A model generated the notes under the pieces. The model searched no databases and had not been told where the DNA came from. It was given only the letters and a program-made list of their open reading frames with translations. From IMG/VR virus record IMGVR_UViG_3300009160_000036, positions 14,597 through 78,596 of that record: 64,000 nt of DNA; one strand, given 5' to 3'. The stretch is from a virus. The position numbers and the translations under genes are program-made. Position 1 is the stretch's first letter, and each line of letters opens with the position of its first letter. Positions 9,162 through 18,914 of this stretch are shown here, piece by piece.

Positions 9162-10439
9162 TTAAAGGGAAGAGCGGATGCGGGCCTCGGCTATCCGTAG
9201 GTATTCGGCCTCTTTTTCGATTCCAACGTAACTGAATCCTTCTTTAAGGGCAGCTTTGCCGGTCGAACCTGACCCATTAAAGGGGTCGAGGACTGTCCCT
9301 CCCGGAGGGGTAATAAGCCTGCACAGATACCTCATCAGCTCCGTAGGCTTCACCGTCGGGTGGGTGTTCTTGCGTTGGGTGGCCTGAAAGCCATCCGTCA
9401 TTGAAGTATCCCCTGTCCCGTTGCCGGTTCTCATGTGCGCGGGCTTCTCTTTGGTTTCCAGCTCGTCGCAACCCTCATCCCTATCCTTCTTGGTGGCTTT
9501 GGGGCAGTAAAAGAACCGGGCGGCTGAACCTTTGTCGCCATAAAAGGTCGCGCCATCATCGCCCCTTTGGGCATAGTCATTGTAGATACCATTGGACTCC
9601 CCTGAATGACCGCTCTTTACCGGAGCTGCCGCTCCAGCGTTGGAGGGAAATAGGTCAAGGACTTGTTGCGAGCCATCGTGCATCAGGTTGGCTGGGAAGC
9701 GACCAAGGTTTGACGATGAAACATCCTTACCTTCGTATTTTCCGTAAACATTGGCTGCCATTTTGTCAGATTTCCAAGTTCCTTTTCCTCCGAGTCTTGG
9801 GTCGTCAAAGGCAGGGTCTGCCGCCACCCGGCATCCATCTATGTTCAGCCCTCCTGTGCCATACTTCAGGACGTTCTCGGCCACAGTTCCCTCAACAGGC
9901 TTCCTCGCCAGCACAATAGGCTCATGGGCGGGCTTGAGCGCCGTCCCCCATCCGTCCCATTGTTTTGCGGCTTCGGTAGCCGGTGCTTTGTATTCATAAT
10001 CACCACTTGTATTGTTTTCGTTCCAACCGTTCTGGTCATCAAACGGTTTTACATTTCTTGACCTCTTTCCAATAACTTCGGTTCTTTCTACGCCCGCGGC
10101 TTTATCCAGCGCCTTGCTAATGTTGTGTGACTTCGGAAAGCCAGAGCCATACACCCACATAAGCTGGTCACGCACCTCAAAGCCAGCATCCTCGATGGCA
10201 ACCGCCATCCGGTGATAAGTTCTCGACCCTCCGAACGATAGGATATGCCCGCCGGGTTTCAGGACGCGGAAAACCTCTGCCCACATCGTTTTGTCATAAG
10301 CGATGCCCGACGCATCCCAAGACTTTCCCATAAAGCCCAGCTCATAAGGCGGGTCGGTGACCACCGCGTCTATCGAATCACTAGGCAGGGTCTTCAAAAC
10401 CTCCCGGCAATCACCCTCCAGCAGCTTGAAATCAGCCAT
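9162..10439 (-). CDS. N6-adenine/N4-cytosine DNA methyltransferase (beta class)
   Basis: TDPPY catalytic motif near the N-terminus; HPTVKP and LDPFNGSGSTG SAM-binding motif near the C-terminus; start re-assigned to MADFKLLEGD. Confidence 0.92.
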   Translation of the reverse strand: MADFKLLEGDCREVLKTLPSDSIDAVVTDPPYELGFMGKSWDASGIAYDKTMWAEVFRVLKPGGHILSFGGSRTYHRMAVAIEDAGFEVRDQLMWVYGSGFPKSHNISKALDKAAGVERTEVIGKRSRNVKPFDDQNGWNENNTSGDYEYKAPATEAAKQWDGWGTALKPAHEPIVLARKPVEGTVAENVLKYGTGGLNIDGCRVAADPAFDDPRLGGKGTWKSDKMAANVYGKYEGKDVSSSNLGRFPANLMHDGSQQVLDLFPSNAGAAAPVKSGHSGESNGIYNDYAQRGDDGATFYGDKGSAARFFYCPKATKKDRDEGCDELETKEKPAHMRTGNGTGDTSMTDGFQATQRKNTHPTVKPTELMRYLCRLITPPGGTVLDPFNGSGSTGKAALKEGFSYVGIEKEAEYLRIAEARIRSSL

Positions 10440-10932
10440 TGGGCTTCCGCAGCAGAGGATTATGCACGTTAAAATACCAATCGGCGAGCAATAGGGCATC
10501 TGCCGTCTGGTTGGTCAGGTCTTTCCGCTCTCCATAATGCTCTCTGGCATAGATGGTCAGCTGCTTTTTCCATTCAGCGTGCTTGATTTCTCCGCGTTTG
10601 ATGCCCTTCTCGTCCCGGATGTGGCGTTGCCACTCAACGGGGGTTACCTCTAATGGTCTTAGGTTCTTTGCCGCCAGATAGCCCAAGGTAATGCCAAAGG
10701 CTTCAAAGAGGACTGCGATGCGGGACGAGGGAATCATAGTCCCCATGAAGCGGGGCGGCCGCTCTATGACGACCTCTTGGATGTCCGCTGTGATGGCGAA
10801 GTGCCGGTCAAGGACAGGCTTCAAGGTTTCCATCGTATCCCCTGTTAGCTTCTCAAGGGTGTATTGGTGGGTCTTTAAATCCCAGACGCAGATGCCACCG
10901 TTGGCTCCGCTGTCGATGCAGATGAGTTTCAT
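10432..10932 (-). CDS. RuvC-like Holliday junction resolvase
   Basis: ICIDSGANGG ... VVIE ... VTPVEWQ ... ADALLLA. Confidence 0.8.
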   Translation of the reverse strand: MKLICIDSGANGGICVWDLKTHQYTLEKLTGDTMETLKPVLDRHFAITADIQEVVIERPPRFMGTMIPSSRIAVLFEAFGITLGYLAAKNLRPLEVTPVEWQRHIRDEKGIKRGEIKHAEWKKQLTIYAREHYGERKDLTNQTADALLLADWYFNVHNPLLRKPNG

Positions 10933-11093
10933 TTCTTTACTGTTATTAGGAGGCAGATATTGGCCACACTATAACATCCCCACATGACCGCAAGGGCATA
11001 ACGCCCTGTGTAAACATTGGCTACGGCCGCAGAGAAGTATGCGGCAGAGGCGATACCCGGCACGATGACCGTGGTGAAGTATTCAATGCTCAC
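10929..11093 (-). CDS. Small membrane protein (possible holin-like)
   Basis: GTG start overlapping the lysozyme stop; two hydrophobic segments and a basic C-terminus. Confidence 0.45.
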   Translation of the reverse strand: MSIEYFTTVIVPGIASAAYFSAAVANVYTGRYALAVMWGCYSVANICLLITVKK

Positions 11094-11557
11094 CGAGGGG
11101 GCATCTCCTTCATCTGTGTAGCGATGACCTTGATGGCGCGGTGCGTGCGTGCCGGCAGATTGTGATAGGAGTATCCTCCGTCCGCAAACTCCGAAGGGCC
11201 GCGGGCATAAGCCGCATAGATTTCCCAATAGACAGGCTTTCGGTTGAGCTTGGCTTCAAGGACACTCGAACACCAGCGGAGGTAGTCGATGGCATACTGC
11301 CTACTAACGTAAGCGTCGTGGGCATAAGACCAAGGATACTGTTTCATCCCCTCGGTCTTGCGCACCTTGTTGGCTTGGTCCCAAGCTATTTTCCACATTT
11401 GATAAGCTCCTCTTGCCTTGCCGGAATCGCCAACGGCGTGAGGGTTGTTGTTACTCTCTGCAACCGCTACCGCATCCGCAAGGTTATGAAAATCGACGCC
11501 CCAGCCGATGATAGGTGTCATCAGAAATAGTAAATTAGTCAGGAAGTTCTTCGTCAT
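11090..11557 (-). CDS. Lysozyme-like / lytic transglycosylase
   Basis: AVAVAESNNNPHAVGDSGKARGAYQM catalytic Glu motif; hydrophobic N-terminus. Confidence 0.75.
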   Translation of the reverse strand: MTKNFLTNLLFLMTPIIGWGVDFHNLADAVAVAESNNNPHAVGDSGKARGAYQMWKIAWDQANKVRKTEGMKQYPWSYAHDAYVSRQYAIDYLRWCSSVLEAKLNRKPVYWEIYAAYARGPSEFADGGYSYHNLPARTHRAIKVIATQMKEMPPR

Positions 11558-11855
11558 CGTCGTCAACACCTTCGAGCGCATCGTTAATGAGCTTCATTGT
11601 GTCATCAAAGTCAGTCTGGTCCTTATCGGGGACATCTTCAACCTCTATTTCCACAATGCCCTCAACCATACGTCCGAGCTTACCGGCTTCCACCCTGTCT
11701 CCCTTTGCTAGGGCTATGTGCATTGCGAACCACAAAAGGTTTGTCGCCGCAGCAACGCTTGTGCTAATGTTGTCGTTATCAACAGGCTCGCACAAAGGAA
11801 GCACAGTCTTGCCACCGATTTCCTGTGCCTCAAAGACAGAGATTTGACGAACCAT
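11535..11855 (-). CDS. Hypothetical acidic protein
   Basis: First gene of a minus-strand operon; TTGACT-N5-CAA element at 11864-11877. Confidence 0.6.
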   Translation of the reverse strand: MVRQISVFEAQEIGGKTVLPLCEPVDNDNISTSVAAATNLLWFAMHIALAKGDRVEAGKLGRMVEGIVEIEVEDVPDKDQTDFDDTMKLINDALEGVDDDDEELPD

Positions 11856-11973
11856 AATACCTTTTGCTTTCAGTCAACCTCTGATGTGGACGAAGTGGAG
11901 TAGTTCACAACCTCGCCAATACCGCTTGACGAAACTATGACAGATGAGCATAACACTTTTTCCACAACCCAAT

Positions 11974-12822
11974 ATGTCCAACGACAACAACGGCGAAATC
12001 ATCGAGGTCACTAACGCCAACCTCTCCAACGCTGCTCCTCTCGGAAACAGCATCTACAACAAAATTGGTGACCCCATCCAAGCCATCAAGGAGATGGGCG
12101 AGATGATTGCTGGCTCTGGTATGTTCGGATGCACCAAGGTTGAGCAGGGACACGTTCTCGCTATGCAGTGCCTCGCAGAAGGCAAAGCCCCTTTGGAGCT
12201 CGCCAAGACTTACCACCTCATTGAGGGCAAGTTGACGATGCGTGCCGATGCTATGCTGGGTCGCTATCTCACGACCGGCGGTAAGGTGAAATGGATTACC
12301 CGCTCCGATGTTGAAGTGAAGGCTATCTGGTCGAAGGATGGCAACGACATTGAAATCTCGTCCACCATCGAGGAATACACGAAGAACGGTATCGCCTGTG
12401 GTAAAGATGGTCGCACTCTCAAAACCAATTGGCAGAAGTTCCCTCGCCAGATGCTCACGGCGCGAAACGTGAGCGAGGCTATTCGACTTCTCGCCCCTCA
12501 AATCATCAGCGGTATCTACACGCCCGAAGAAGTGTCTGACTTCTCGTCGAATGACCGCCCCCTGCCGACCAAGGTGTATGTGGAAGCCCGCCCCATCATC
12601 GACGCCCGCCCCGATGTTGAAAACCCCGCACAGGTCGTCGTAGGTCGCTTGGATGACCTTCTGGAAAAGTATGAACCCGATGCCTCGGCTTACCTCCTTG
12701 AAAAGAAATACATCAAGGCGGGTCAGACTTATCGTGACCTCGATGCAATGACCGCACAGCGAGTCCTCGGTAATCCTTCCAAGATGATTTCCATCCTTGA
12801 AGGTCTGCGGAACAACCTCTAA
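11974..12822 (+). CDS. RecT-like ssDNA annealing protein
   Basis: LIEGKLTMRADAM...NWQKFPRQML...GIYTPEE; adjacent to a RecE-like gene. Confidence 0.8.
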   Translation: MSNDNNGEIIEVTNANLSNAAPLGNSIYNKIGDPIQAIKEMGEMIAGSGMFGCTKVEQGHVLAMQCLAEGKAPLELAKTYHLIEGKLTMRADAMLGRYLTTGGKVKWITRSDVEVKAIWSKDGNDIEISSTIEEYTKNGIACGKDGRTLKTNWQKFPRQMLTARNVSEAIRLLAPQIISGIYTPEEVSDFSSNDRPLPTKVYVEARPIIDARPDVENPAQVVVGRLDDLLEKYEPDASAYLLEKKYIKAGQTYRDLDAMTAQRVLGNPSKMISILEGLRNNL

Positions 12823-12843
12823 TCTTCTCGCTCACCCAACGAC

Positions 12844-13749
12844 ATGAGCCAATACCCGACTACTGATAATTCCAAGCAGGACGCTCCCGCAGTTGCGGCG
12901 GGGGTGTATGACAACATCCAAGCAGAGGACTACCACCGTATCCTCGGCCTAACAAAGACCGGACTGATGATGATGAGAAAATCACCCGCACACTTCTGGC
13001 ATTGGATGACCAGCCCCTCTGACCCTTCCACGAAGGCGATGCACATTGGCACTGCGACTCACCTCGCCGTGTTCGAGCCTCACAAGTGGGCTGACGAAGT
13101 AATCGTTGTCCCGATGGATGCTCCCAAGAAGCCGACCAAGGCGCAGATGGATGCCAAGAAGCCAAGCGAAGATGCGGTCACCGCTATCGCTTATTGGAAG
13201 AAGTTCCAAGAGGATGCTGGCACGCGTATCGTCCTATCACAAGACGAGGATGCGGAAGTGCGAGCGATGGCCGCTATGGTCAGAGCAAACAAGGAAGTTG
13301 TTCCTTACCTCACTCACCCCTCTGCCAAGATTGAGACGTCCATCGTCTCCGTTGAGAAGGTCAAGGGTCTGGACATTGTTTGCAAGGGTCGCTGCGACAT
13401 GATTACAATGGATAACACGGTCATCGTGGACCTGAAGACATGCGAAGATGCGTCAGCGGAAGGCTTCTCCAAGAGCTTTATGACGTATGGCTATTGGATG
13501 CAGGCAGCCCATTACATGAGCATCTGCCGAGCATCGGGTATTCCCATCGAGCGTTTTCTGTTCATTGCGGTGGAAAAAAATCCCCCTTACTGCACAGCAG
13601 TCTATGAGCTTGACGATGATTCTTTGCAGAAAGCATTTGCAATCCGCGCACGCCTGATGGAAAATCTTTCCGACTGTATCGCACGCAATGAGTTCCCCGC
13701 GTATCAAAAGGGCGTTAACGCCTTGACTCTCCCGCCTTGGATTAAGTAA
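12844..13749 (+). CDS. RecE/exonuclease VIII-like PD-(D/E)xK exonuclease (DUF3799-type)
   Basis: YH...SPAHF...GTATHLAVFEP...KGRCD...IVDLKT...YWMQAAHY...FIAVEK. Confidence 0.88.
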   Translation: MSQYPTTDNSKQDAPAVAAGVYDNIQAEDYHRILGLTKTGLMMMRKSPAHFWHWMTSPSDPSTKAMHIGTATHLAVFEPHKWADEVIVVPMDAPKKPTKAQMDAKKPSEDAVTAIAYWKKFQEDAGTRIVLSQDEDAEVRAMAAMVRANKEVVPYLTHPSAKIETSIVSVEKVKGLDIVCKGRCDMITMDNTVIVDLKTCEDASAEGFSKSFMTYGYWMQAAHYMSICRASGIPIERFLFIAVEKNPPYCTAVYELDDDSLQKAFAIRARLMENLSDCIARNEFPAYQKGVNALTLPPWIK

Positions 13750-13807
13750 TTTTACTCTCCCGCAAGGGGCAACCAAAACCAAAAAAACCAAAAAACCAAA
13801 AAAACAC

Positions 13808-14224
13808 ATGAGCAAGTTCAAAGTGGACCTCAACTCCGGCGACCGTCCGGAACGCTTCTCCGAAGAGGGCGATTACACGGTCACCATCGCAAACGTGGAG
13901 CGCAATCTGACCTCGCAAGGGTTCGAGAAGGCACTCATCACGTTCGTCGATGACAAGAACCGCAGCTGTAAGGACGACCTGCTGAACAAGGACACCGTTT
14001 ACTGGCGTCTGAATCAGCTCATCGTCGCTACGGGCATGAAGGTTCCGAACGGTGCGGAGTTCGACTTCGCCAAGAGCGGAGAGTTCTTCAACTTCGTCAA
14101 GACCTTCGTGGGCATGAAGCTCACGGTGACCTTGAAGAAGGATTCCTACGAGAAGAACGGCGAGACGAAGACCTTCTTGAAGGTCAATCGCTACTCGAAG
14201 TCCAAAGAAGACGCACCCTTCTAA
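13808..14224 (+). CDS. Putative single-stranded DNA-binding protein (DUF669-like)
   Basis: EGDYTVTI N-terminal motif, acidic ...EDAPF tail, follows RecT/RecE. Confidence 0.7.
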   Translation: MSKFKVDLNSGDRPERFSEEGDYTVTIANVERNLTSQGFEKALITFVDDKNRSCKDDLLNKDTVYWRLNQLIVATGMKVPNGAEFDFAKSGEFFNFVKTFVGMKLTVTLKKDSYEKNGETKTFLKVNRYSKSKEDAPF

Positions 14225-14270
14225 TCACTTTCCCCGCAAGGGGAGGGTAGTGAAGTCGTTGTCATTACCG

Positions 14271-14298
14271 GGTGGGGGGTAAAACCCCCGCCTTTTTT
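14271..14298 (+). terminator. Rho-independent terminator
   Basis: GGTGGGGG/CCCCCGCC hairpin followed by T6. Confidence 0.75.
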
Positions 14299-14358
14299 GT
14301 GCAAAAATAATAGTTGACAAAGGCTATCGGTTGTGAATTATCCAAGATACTAAATCAA

Positions 14359-14682
14359 ATGAGTCTATTCCACGACCGCCTCAACCGCCTCGACAAAACC
14401 CAGCCTAACGGAACCTGCCGCGCCGGCTTCCTCGACGACGTGACCCTCCCGGAGCTCGTTGCTCACTTTGGCGAACCCGAAGTTGAGTTCGAGGACTACG
14501 GCGACGATTGCCTCGCCCGTGACGAGTATCATTGGACGCTCCACATGCCCTGTGGCGAGTGTTTCACCATCTACACCCGCAAGACCTCCAACTTCAAGAT
14601 TGGCGGGCACTACGACTCCCACGCGAAGGTTCTGGCTCACGTTGCCAAGGAACTGCCCCTCTCCAAGGTCATCGAAGGCTAA
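14359..14682 (+). CDS. Hypothetical protein
   Basis: ORF downstream of a TTGACA at 14314. Confidence 0.65.
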   Translation: MSLFHDRLNRLDKTQPNGTCRAGFLDDVTLPELVAHFGEPEVEFEDYGDDCLARDEYHWTLHMPCGECFTIYTRKTSNFKIGGHYDSHAKVLAHVAKELPLSKVIEG

Positions 14683-14742
14683 AAATAAGTCTCGACAATA
14701 GCCAACCAATTGCCCAATCTCCCCTTACACCAAACAACGACT

Positions 14743-15033
14743 ATGCCCAGCATTGCTCCTATCATCGCCCTCGAACAAATCGAGTCCCTCTACATCGGCA
14801 AAGGCCATTGTTGCCGATGCGGTTGCGGTGGCAATTACTTCCGCGTTGAGGAAGACCCTGCCCACGCCAAGAAAATCAAGCACTTCCTCAAGAAGCTCGC
14901 CTCTGGCAAGTATGAGGTCACCGAGCAGGATGGCTTTGCCGGCGAATACATCTACGAAATCAACCTGTCCAAGTCGGGACACGACCGCGTGGCTACCTTC
15001 TACGTCAAGCCTGTGGTGGACAACGCATCATAA
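14743..15033 (+). CDS. Hypothetical protein with CCRCGCGG motif
   Basis: LYIGKGHCCRCGCGGNY. Confidence 0.65.
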   Translation: MPSIAPIIALEQIESLYIGKGHCCRCGCGGNYFRVEEDPAHAKKIKHFLKKLASGKYEVTEQDGFAGEYIYEINLSKSGHDRVATFYVKPVVDNAS

Positions 15034-15038
15034 GTATT

Positions 15039-15614
15039 ATGGCTCGCGGCTACTCACAATCTCGCTCTGAGGGTCCGGGCTACTCCGAAGGTAGTGACCG
15101 CAAGAGCCAACCTAGAAGTGAATACCCTCCGGGAACGGACGATTACGAATACAAGAACAAGGTGTCAGCCGAGCTGAACAGTCTTGTTCGAGCGGGCGAT
15201 GCCGACGGCAAGACCATCTTGGCGATGGATGACCCCACCAGAAACAAGCTCGTGGGAGCGATTGCCGATGGGACTACCGATGCTCGCTCTGGTCTGGACG
15301 ACTTTGAATACCAAGTCGAGAGGGCGAACAAGGCGATTGATGCCGGCACTGTGGACTTTGAGTCTTACAGCGAGGCGGGTGCTATCCTGCCGTTGAACCT
15401 ATCAGAGGTGATGGATGGCGCGGATGGCTTTGACATCATCAACGATGCCGTCGAAGACGAGCGACCGGATGACATCGCCGAGTTCGTCGAAGAGTTCGTC
15501 AAGAGCCGCATCCTCGATGCGGATGCCCTCCGAAAGGAGTTCGAGGAAGAAATCTCCCTTGCCAAGGAAAACGCGATGGAAACCTTCCTCACGGACTTCC
15601 GCAACAAACCCTAA
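15039..15614 (+). CDS. MARG-tag protein 10 (very acidic)
   Basis: Starts MARGYSQSRSE with a partial internal repeat GYSE...SQPRSE; TGGACA at 15017. Confidence 0.85.
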   Translation: MARGYSQSRSEGPGYSEGSDRKSQPRSEYPPGTDDYEYKNKVSAELNSLVRAGDADGKTILAMDDPTRNKLVGAIADGTTDARSGLDDFEYQVERANKAIDAGTVDFESYSEAGAILPLNLSEVMDGADGFDIINDAVEDERPDDIAEFVEEFVKSRILDADALRKEFEEEISLAKENAMETFLTDFRNKP

Positions 15615-15620
15615 CAACTT

Positions 15621-16301
15621 ATGAGCCGAGGATATTCCCAATCACAATCTGAAGGTTTTGCCAAGAAGGGCAGCCCTGCTGACCTGCGCAACCAAGCACT
15701 CGACGCCCAAGCTGCCAAGGCTGGTCAGCGACAGGTGGACTCCGCTCGCGTAGCGGTGCAAGGCATCTTGGATAACCTTAAGACAAGCATTAAGGGCGAA
15801 GAAATCGCCGAGTTAGTCAAATACACCGCACAGGCTTCCGAAAAGGCGGCCGACCATCTTGAAAACCACACAGAGTCAGTCCGGGTAGCCAAGTTGCTAT
15901 TGGACTCCAAGAAGAAGGGAACGTGGCCCTATGAGGACTTTGACGAATTAACCAGAGGTATGGGCATCAATCTCCTGACGCCTGATGAAATGAAAGAAGC
16001 TGATGAAGATGAGGACGCCCCCGGCGACTATGCAGAGAAGATGAGCCAAATCCTTGATTACGAGTATGAGGATGAGGTTATGTCGGACTCCAGAGACAAC
16101 TACCTTCGCACCAACTACGACGACTATGACAAGAACGAAGCCAATGAGTCCAAGAACAAGGCGGGCTTTGCCAAGTCATTCATCAAGGACCGCCTAGAAG
16201 CGGCCGAGAATACTGGTAAGGAATTGCAGGCAAACCTTGATAAGGTTCGCACCAATGCGGTCAACCGCTGGCTGAACCAGCGAGAAAAGGGCAACATCTA
16301 A
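15621..16301 (+). CDS. MARG-tag protein 11 (acidic)
   Basis: Starts MSRGYSQSQSE. Confidence 0.85.
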   Translation: MSRGYSQSQSEGFAKKGSPADLRNQALDAQAAKAGQRQVDSARVAVQGILDNLKTSIKGEEIAELVKYTAQASEKAADHLENHTESVRVAKLLLDSKKKGTWPYEDFDELTRGMGINLLTPDEMKEADEDEDAPGDYAEKMSQILDYEYEDEVMSDSRDNYLRTNYDDYDKNEANESKNKAGFAKSFIKDRLEAAENTGKELQANLDKVRTNAVNRWLNQREKGNI

Positions 16302-16326
16302 TCGTTGACACAAAACCAATAGCACT

Positions 16327-16956
16327 ATGGCACGCGGATACTACCAAGCTTCAGGAACCTCTCGTTCTAACCTTTCGCCTGCTGACCGAGTTAAGGCAAT
16401 TGAGGAAGCTAAAACAGCGGTCGCCAACGCCGACCGTAACTTTGAATACAATGGCTCTGGCAAGAAGGGTCGTCAGGCTCTTATTGAAGCCGAGGATAAG
16501 CTAGAAAAGCTAATGGCTGAACGCTCACCCGGCGCTCTTCCTACCAAGATGGACAAGCGTTCGGCAGAGAGACTGCACGACAACGCCATTTCCGCTTTTG
16601 ATGCGGCATTTCAGAAGTCCGATGAAGACGGCAAGGGCATCAAGTTCAAGGCAGCCCCCGGCATTGTCACCTTTGGCGAAGCGCACACTGGCGGTTCGGG
16701 CTTTAGCGATGAAATTGACACCGCCAAGATGGATGTCGTATTCCACAACAAGGGTTTCTACTACAACTTGCCTATTCAGGGCAAGGGCACTGCCGTCATG
16801 GTTCCGATTCAAATCGAAATCAAGGATGGCTTCAAGCGAGCCATCACGCGAGAGAAGGACCTCGTGGAAGCCGGCAAGCACCTCAACATTGATTGGAACG
16901 ACCTAGATGACGTCGTTCGTCAGAACGCCAATCAGTGGTTCAACCGTAAGGGTTAA
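16327..16956 (+). CDS. MARG-tag protein 12
   Basis: Starts MARGYYQASGTSRS; TTGACA at 16305. Confidence 0.85.
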   Translation: MARGYYQASGTSRSNLSPADRVKAIEEAKTAVANADRNFEYNGSGKKGRQALIEAEDKLEKLMAERSPGALPTKMDKRSAERLHDNAISAFDAAFQKSDEDGKGIKFKAAPGIVTFGEAHTGGSGFSDEIDTAKMDVVFHNKGFYYNLPIQGKGTAVMVPIQIEIKDGFKRAITREKDLVEAGKHLNIDWNDLDDVVRQNANQWFNRKG

Positions 16957-16960
16957 TTTT

Positions 16961-17746
16961 ATGGCACGCGGCTACTCTCAATCCAAATCCGAAGTCGGCA
17001 CTAACACTCGTGTCACTAATTACCAAGGTCGCCTTCGTAAGGCAGAGCAAGAGCTCGAAAAGGCTGACCGCCCCGGTTACAATGCCACGGAGCAAATCGC
17101 TAAGGTTCAGGAAATCCTACGGGCGGGCTTTGGTCGTGACGAAAAATACAACATCAAGGTCGCTCAAGCCCTCGATAAGGGTGGCAAGCTGAACATGATA
17201 GATGGCACAATTGATGGCAAGGAGCTAGCGCCTAACCTTGGTGCGTTCAGCAGAACAAATGTTAAGAGCCGGGCATCTGCCGATGCCGATGCGGACTTCA
17301 ATTATGAAGCCAATCGAGCCAACGAGCAACAGGGCTTTATCTTTGCCAAGGACGAAAAAGGCGAAATCTTTGCCCTTCCTCACACTTGGAACGTCAATCG
17401 TGCCGCACAGACCGTTGGGGTCTTTCAGGGCGATACTCTTAATTTCCTTGGTAGCGCCGATGGCACGAAGAAAGCCAGAACCCTTGAGGTCATTGGCACG
17501 TTCGACAATACGAAGCGTGGTCTGAACCTAGCGGCTGCAGCGTGTGGTGATGCAATTGGTAGAACCGGCGGCATCAAGCAAACGGCGACCATCTTGACGA
17601 GCAACAAATACGAAGAGTTTACCAATCAGAACTTTAGCCGAAAGGTAAGCGTCATTCCTCCGAACGTCCGTGACCAGCTTAACATGGCTGGCGATGGTTC
17701 CAGCCCCAATCCGTCGGGTGATGGATTTGACATCAAACGGAAGTAA
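16961..17746 (+). CDS. MARG-tag protein 13
   Basis: Start re-assigned to 16961 (MARGYSQSKSE). Confidence 0.85.
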   Translation: MARGYSQSKSEVGTNTRVTNYQGRLRKAEQELEKADRPGYNATEQIAKVQEILRAGFGRDEKYNIKVAQALDKGGKLNMIDGTIDGKELAPNLGAFSRTNVKSRASADADADFNYEANRANEQQGFIFAKDEKGEIFALPHTWNVNRAAQTVGVFQGDTLNFLGSADGTKKARTLEVIGTFDNTKRGLNLAAAACGDAIGRTGGIKQTATILTSNKYEEFTNQNFSRKVSVIPPNVRDQLNMAGDGSSPNPSGDGFDIKRK

Positions 17747-17773
17747 GGGTTGACTGTCTGACAATGTGCAAGG

Positions 17774-18199
17774 ATGAAACCTTGCAAGTGTTGCGGCAAA
17801 GCTATTGCTCCCCGGAAGGACAAAACGCGCCCTATTGTCTATTGCTCGGCGCAGTGCCAGAATGATTTCCAGAACGCCAAGACCATAAAGGATTGGAAGG
17901 CGGGAAGGTTTGATGGACTCCGGGGCATCCAGCTTCAGCTCTCACAGCCGATAAGGAACTACATCCTCGATAAGGCGGGCCACAAGTGCAATAGGTGTGG
18001 CTGGGCAGCTCGTCATCCCACGACCGGTCGAGTGCCGGTGCAAGTCCACCACATCGACGGGAACGCAGAGAACACCAAGGAGAAGAACCTTGAGGTGCTT
18101 TGTCCCAATTGCCATGCCCTAACCCCGAATTGGGGCGCGGGAAACCTTGGCAAGGGTCGGACCTTGACCCACCGGAAGCGGATGACAAAAGGCAAGTAG
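17774..18199 (+). CDS. HNH endonuclease
   Basis: CNRCGW...VHHIDGNAENTKEKNLEVLCPNCH. Confidence 0.9.
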   Translation: MKPCKCCGKAIAPRKDKTRPIVYCSAQCQNDFQNAKTIKDWKAGRFDGLRGIQLQLSQPIRNYILDKAGHKCNRCGWAARHPTTGRVPVQVHHIDGNAENTKEKNLEVLCPNCHALTPNWGAGNLGKGRTLTHRKRMTKGK

Positions 18200-18203
18200 C
18201 ACT

Positions 18204-18914
18204 ATGGCCAGAGGATATGCACAATCTCGTTCTGAACTCACGGGCAACCTCCCGGTGGGAAGATATGAAAACACCCAGAGCTTGAAGAACCTATTTCCAG
18301 CAACAAGGATTCCCAAGGCAGAAAAGGATAAAGCCTCCGACGAAGCCGCATTGAGCATCGTTAAAAGGTCGAGTCCTTACATCGGCAGGGGCCGCGACCG
18401 GGCAGAGGCCGAAAGCCAGCAGAACGACTATGCCAAGCGTCTGGCAAAGGCGATGGTTAATGGAGATGATTCCAATGGCGTCGAGGAATACTTCCCCAAG
18501 TCGATGAGCACTCAATTCATCAATGCTCTTGCCAAGAGCAACTATGCTCCGGGACCTTTCGACAGGGACACGCTTGATGCTGTCTCCAAGATTATTGATT
18601 TGCGAGTTGCGGACAACTTGGGAAAGCAAGACTTTTCAGGAGATTTCAGCATTCGCTCAGTCCAAGATGATGATGGATTTCGCTTGGAACTTTACACCAG
18701 CGAATACCGTGGTCGTGGGGCAGATGGCGAAAAGCAGTATCGCTCTTCTGGCGCAAAAGAAATCGCCTTTATTCCGCATGATGAGGTTTCGGGACGCATC
18801 ACCAAGACCAAGGTGGCCAACTATCCTACGGAGATGTTTGAGTCCAAGGCCTTCCTTAAGGCCAAAGCTCTTGATGGCTACCTTGACGCCCTTCTGATGA
18901 CTTCTGGCTTCTAA
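18204..18914 (+). CDS. MARG-tag protein 14
   Basis: Starts MARGYAQSRSE. Confidence 0.85.
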   Translation: MARGYAQSRSELTGNLPVGRYENTQSLKNLFPATRIPKAEKDKASDEAALSIVKRSSPYIGRGRDRAEAESQQNDYAKRLAKAMVNGDDSNGVEEYFPKSMSTQFINALAKSNYAPGPFDRDTLDAVSKIIDLRVADNLGKQDFSGDFSIRSVQDDDGFRLELYTSEYRGRGADGEKQYRSSGAKEIAFIPHDEVSGRITKTKVANYPTEMFESKAFLKAKALDGYLDALLMTSGF

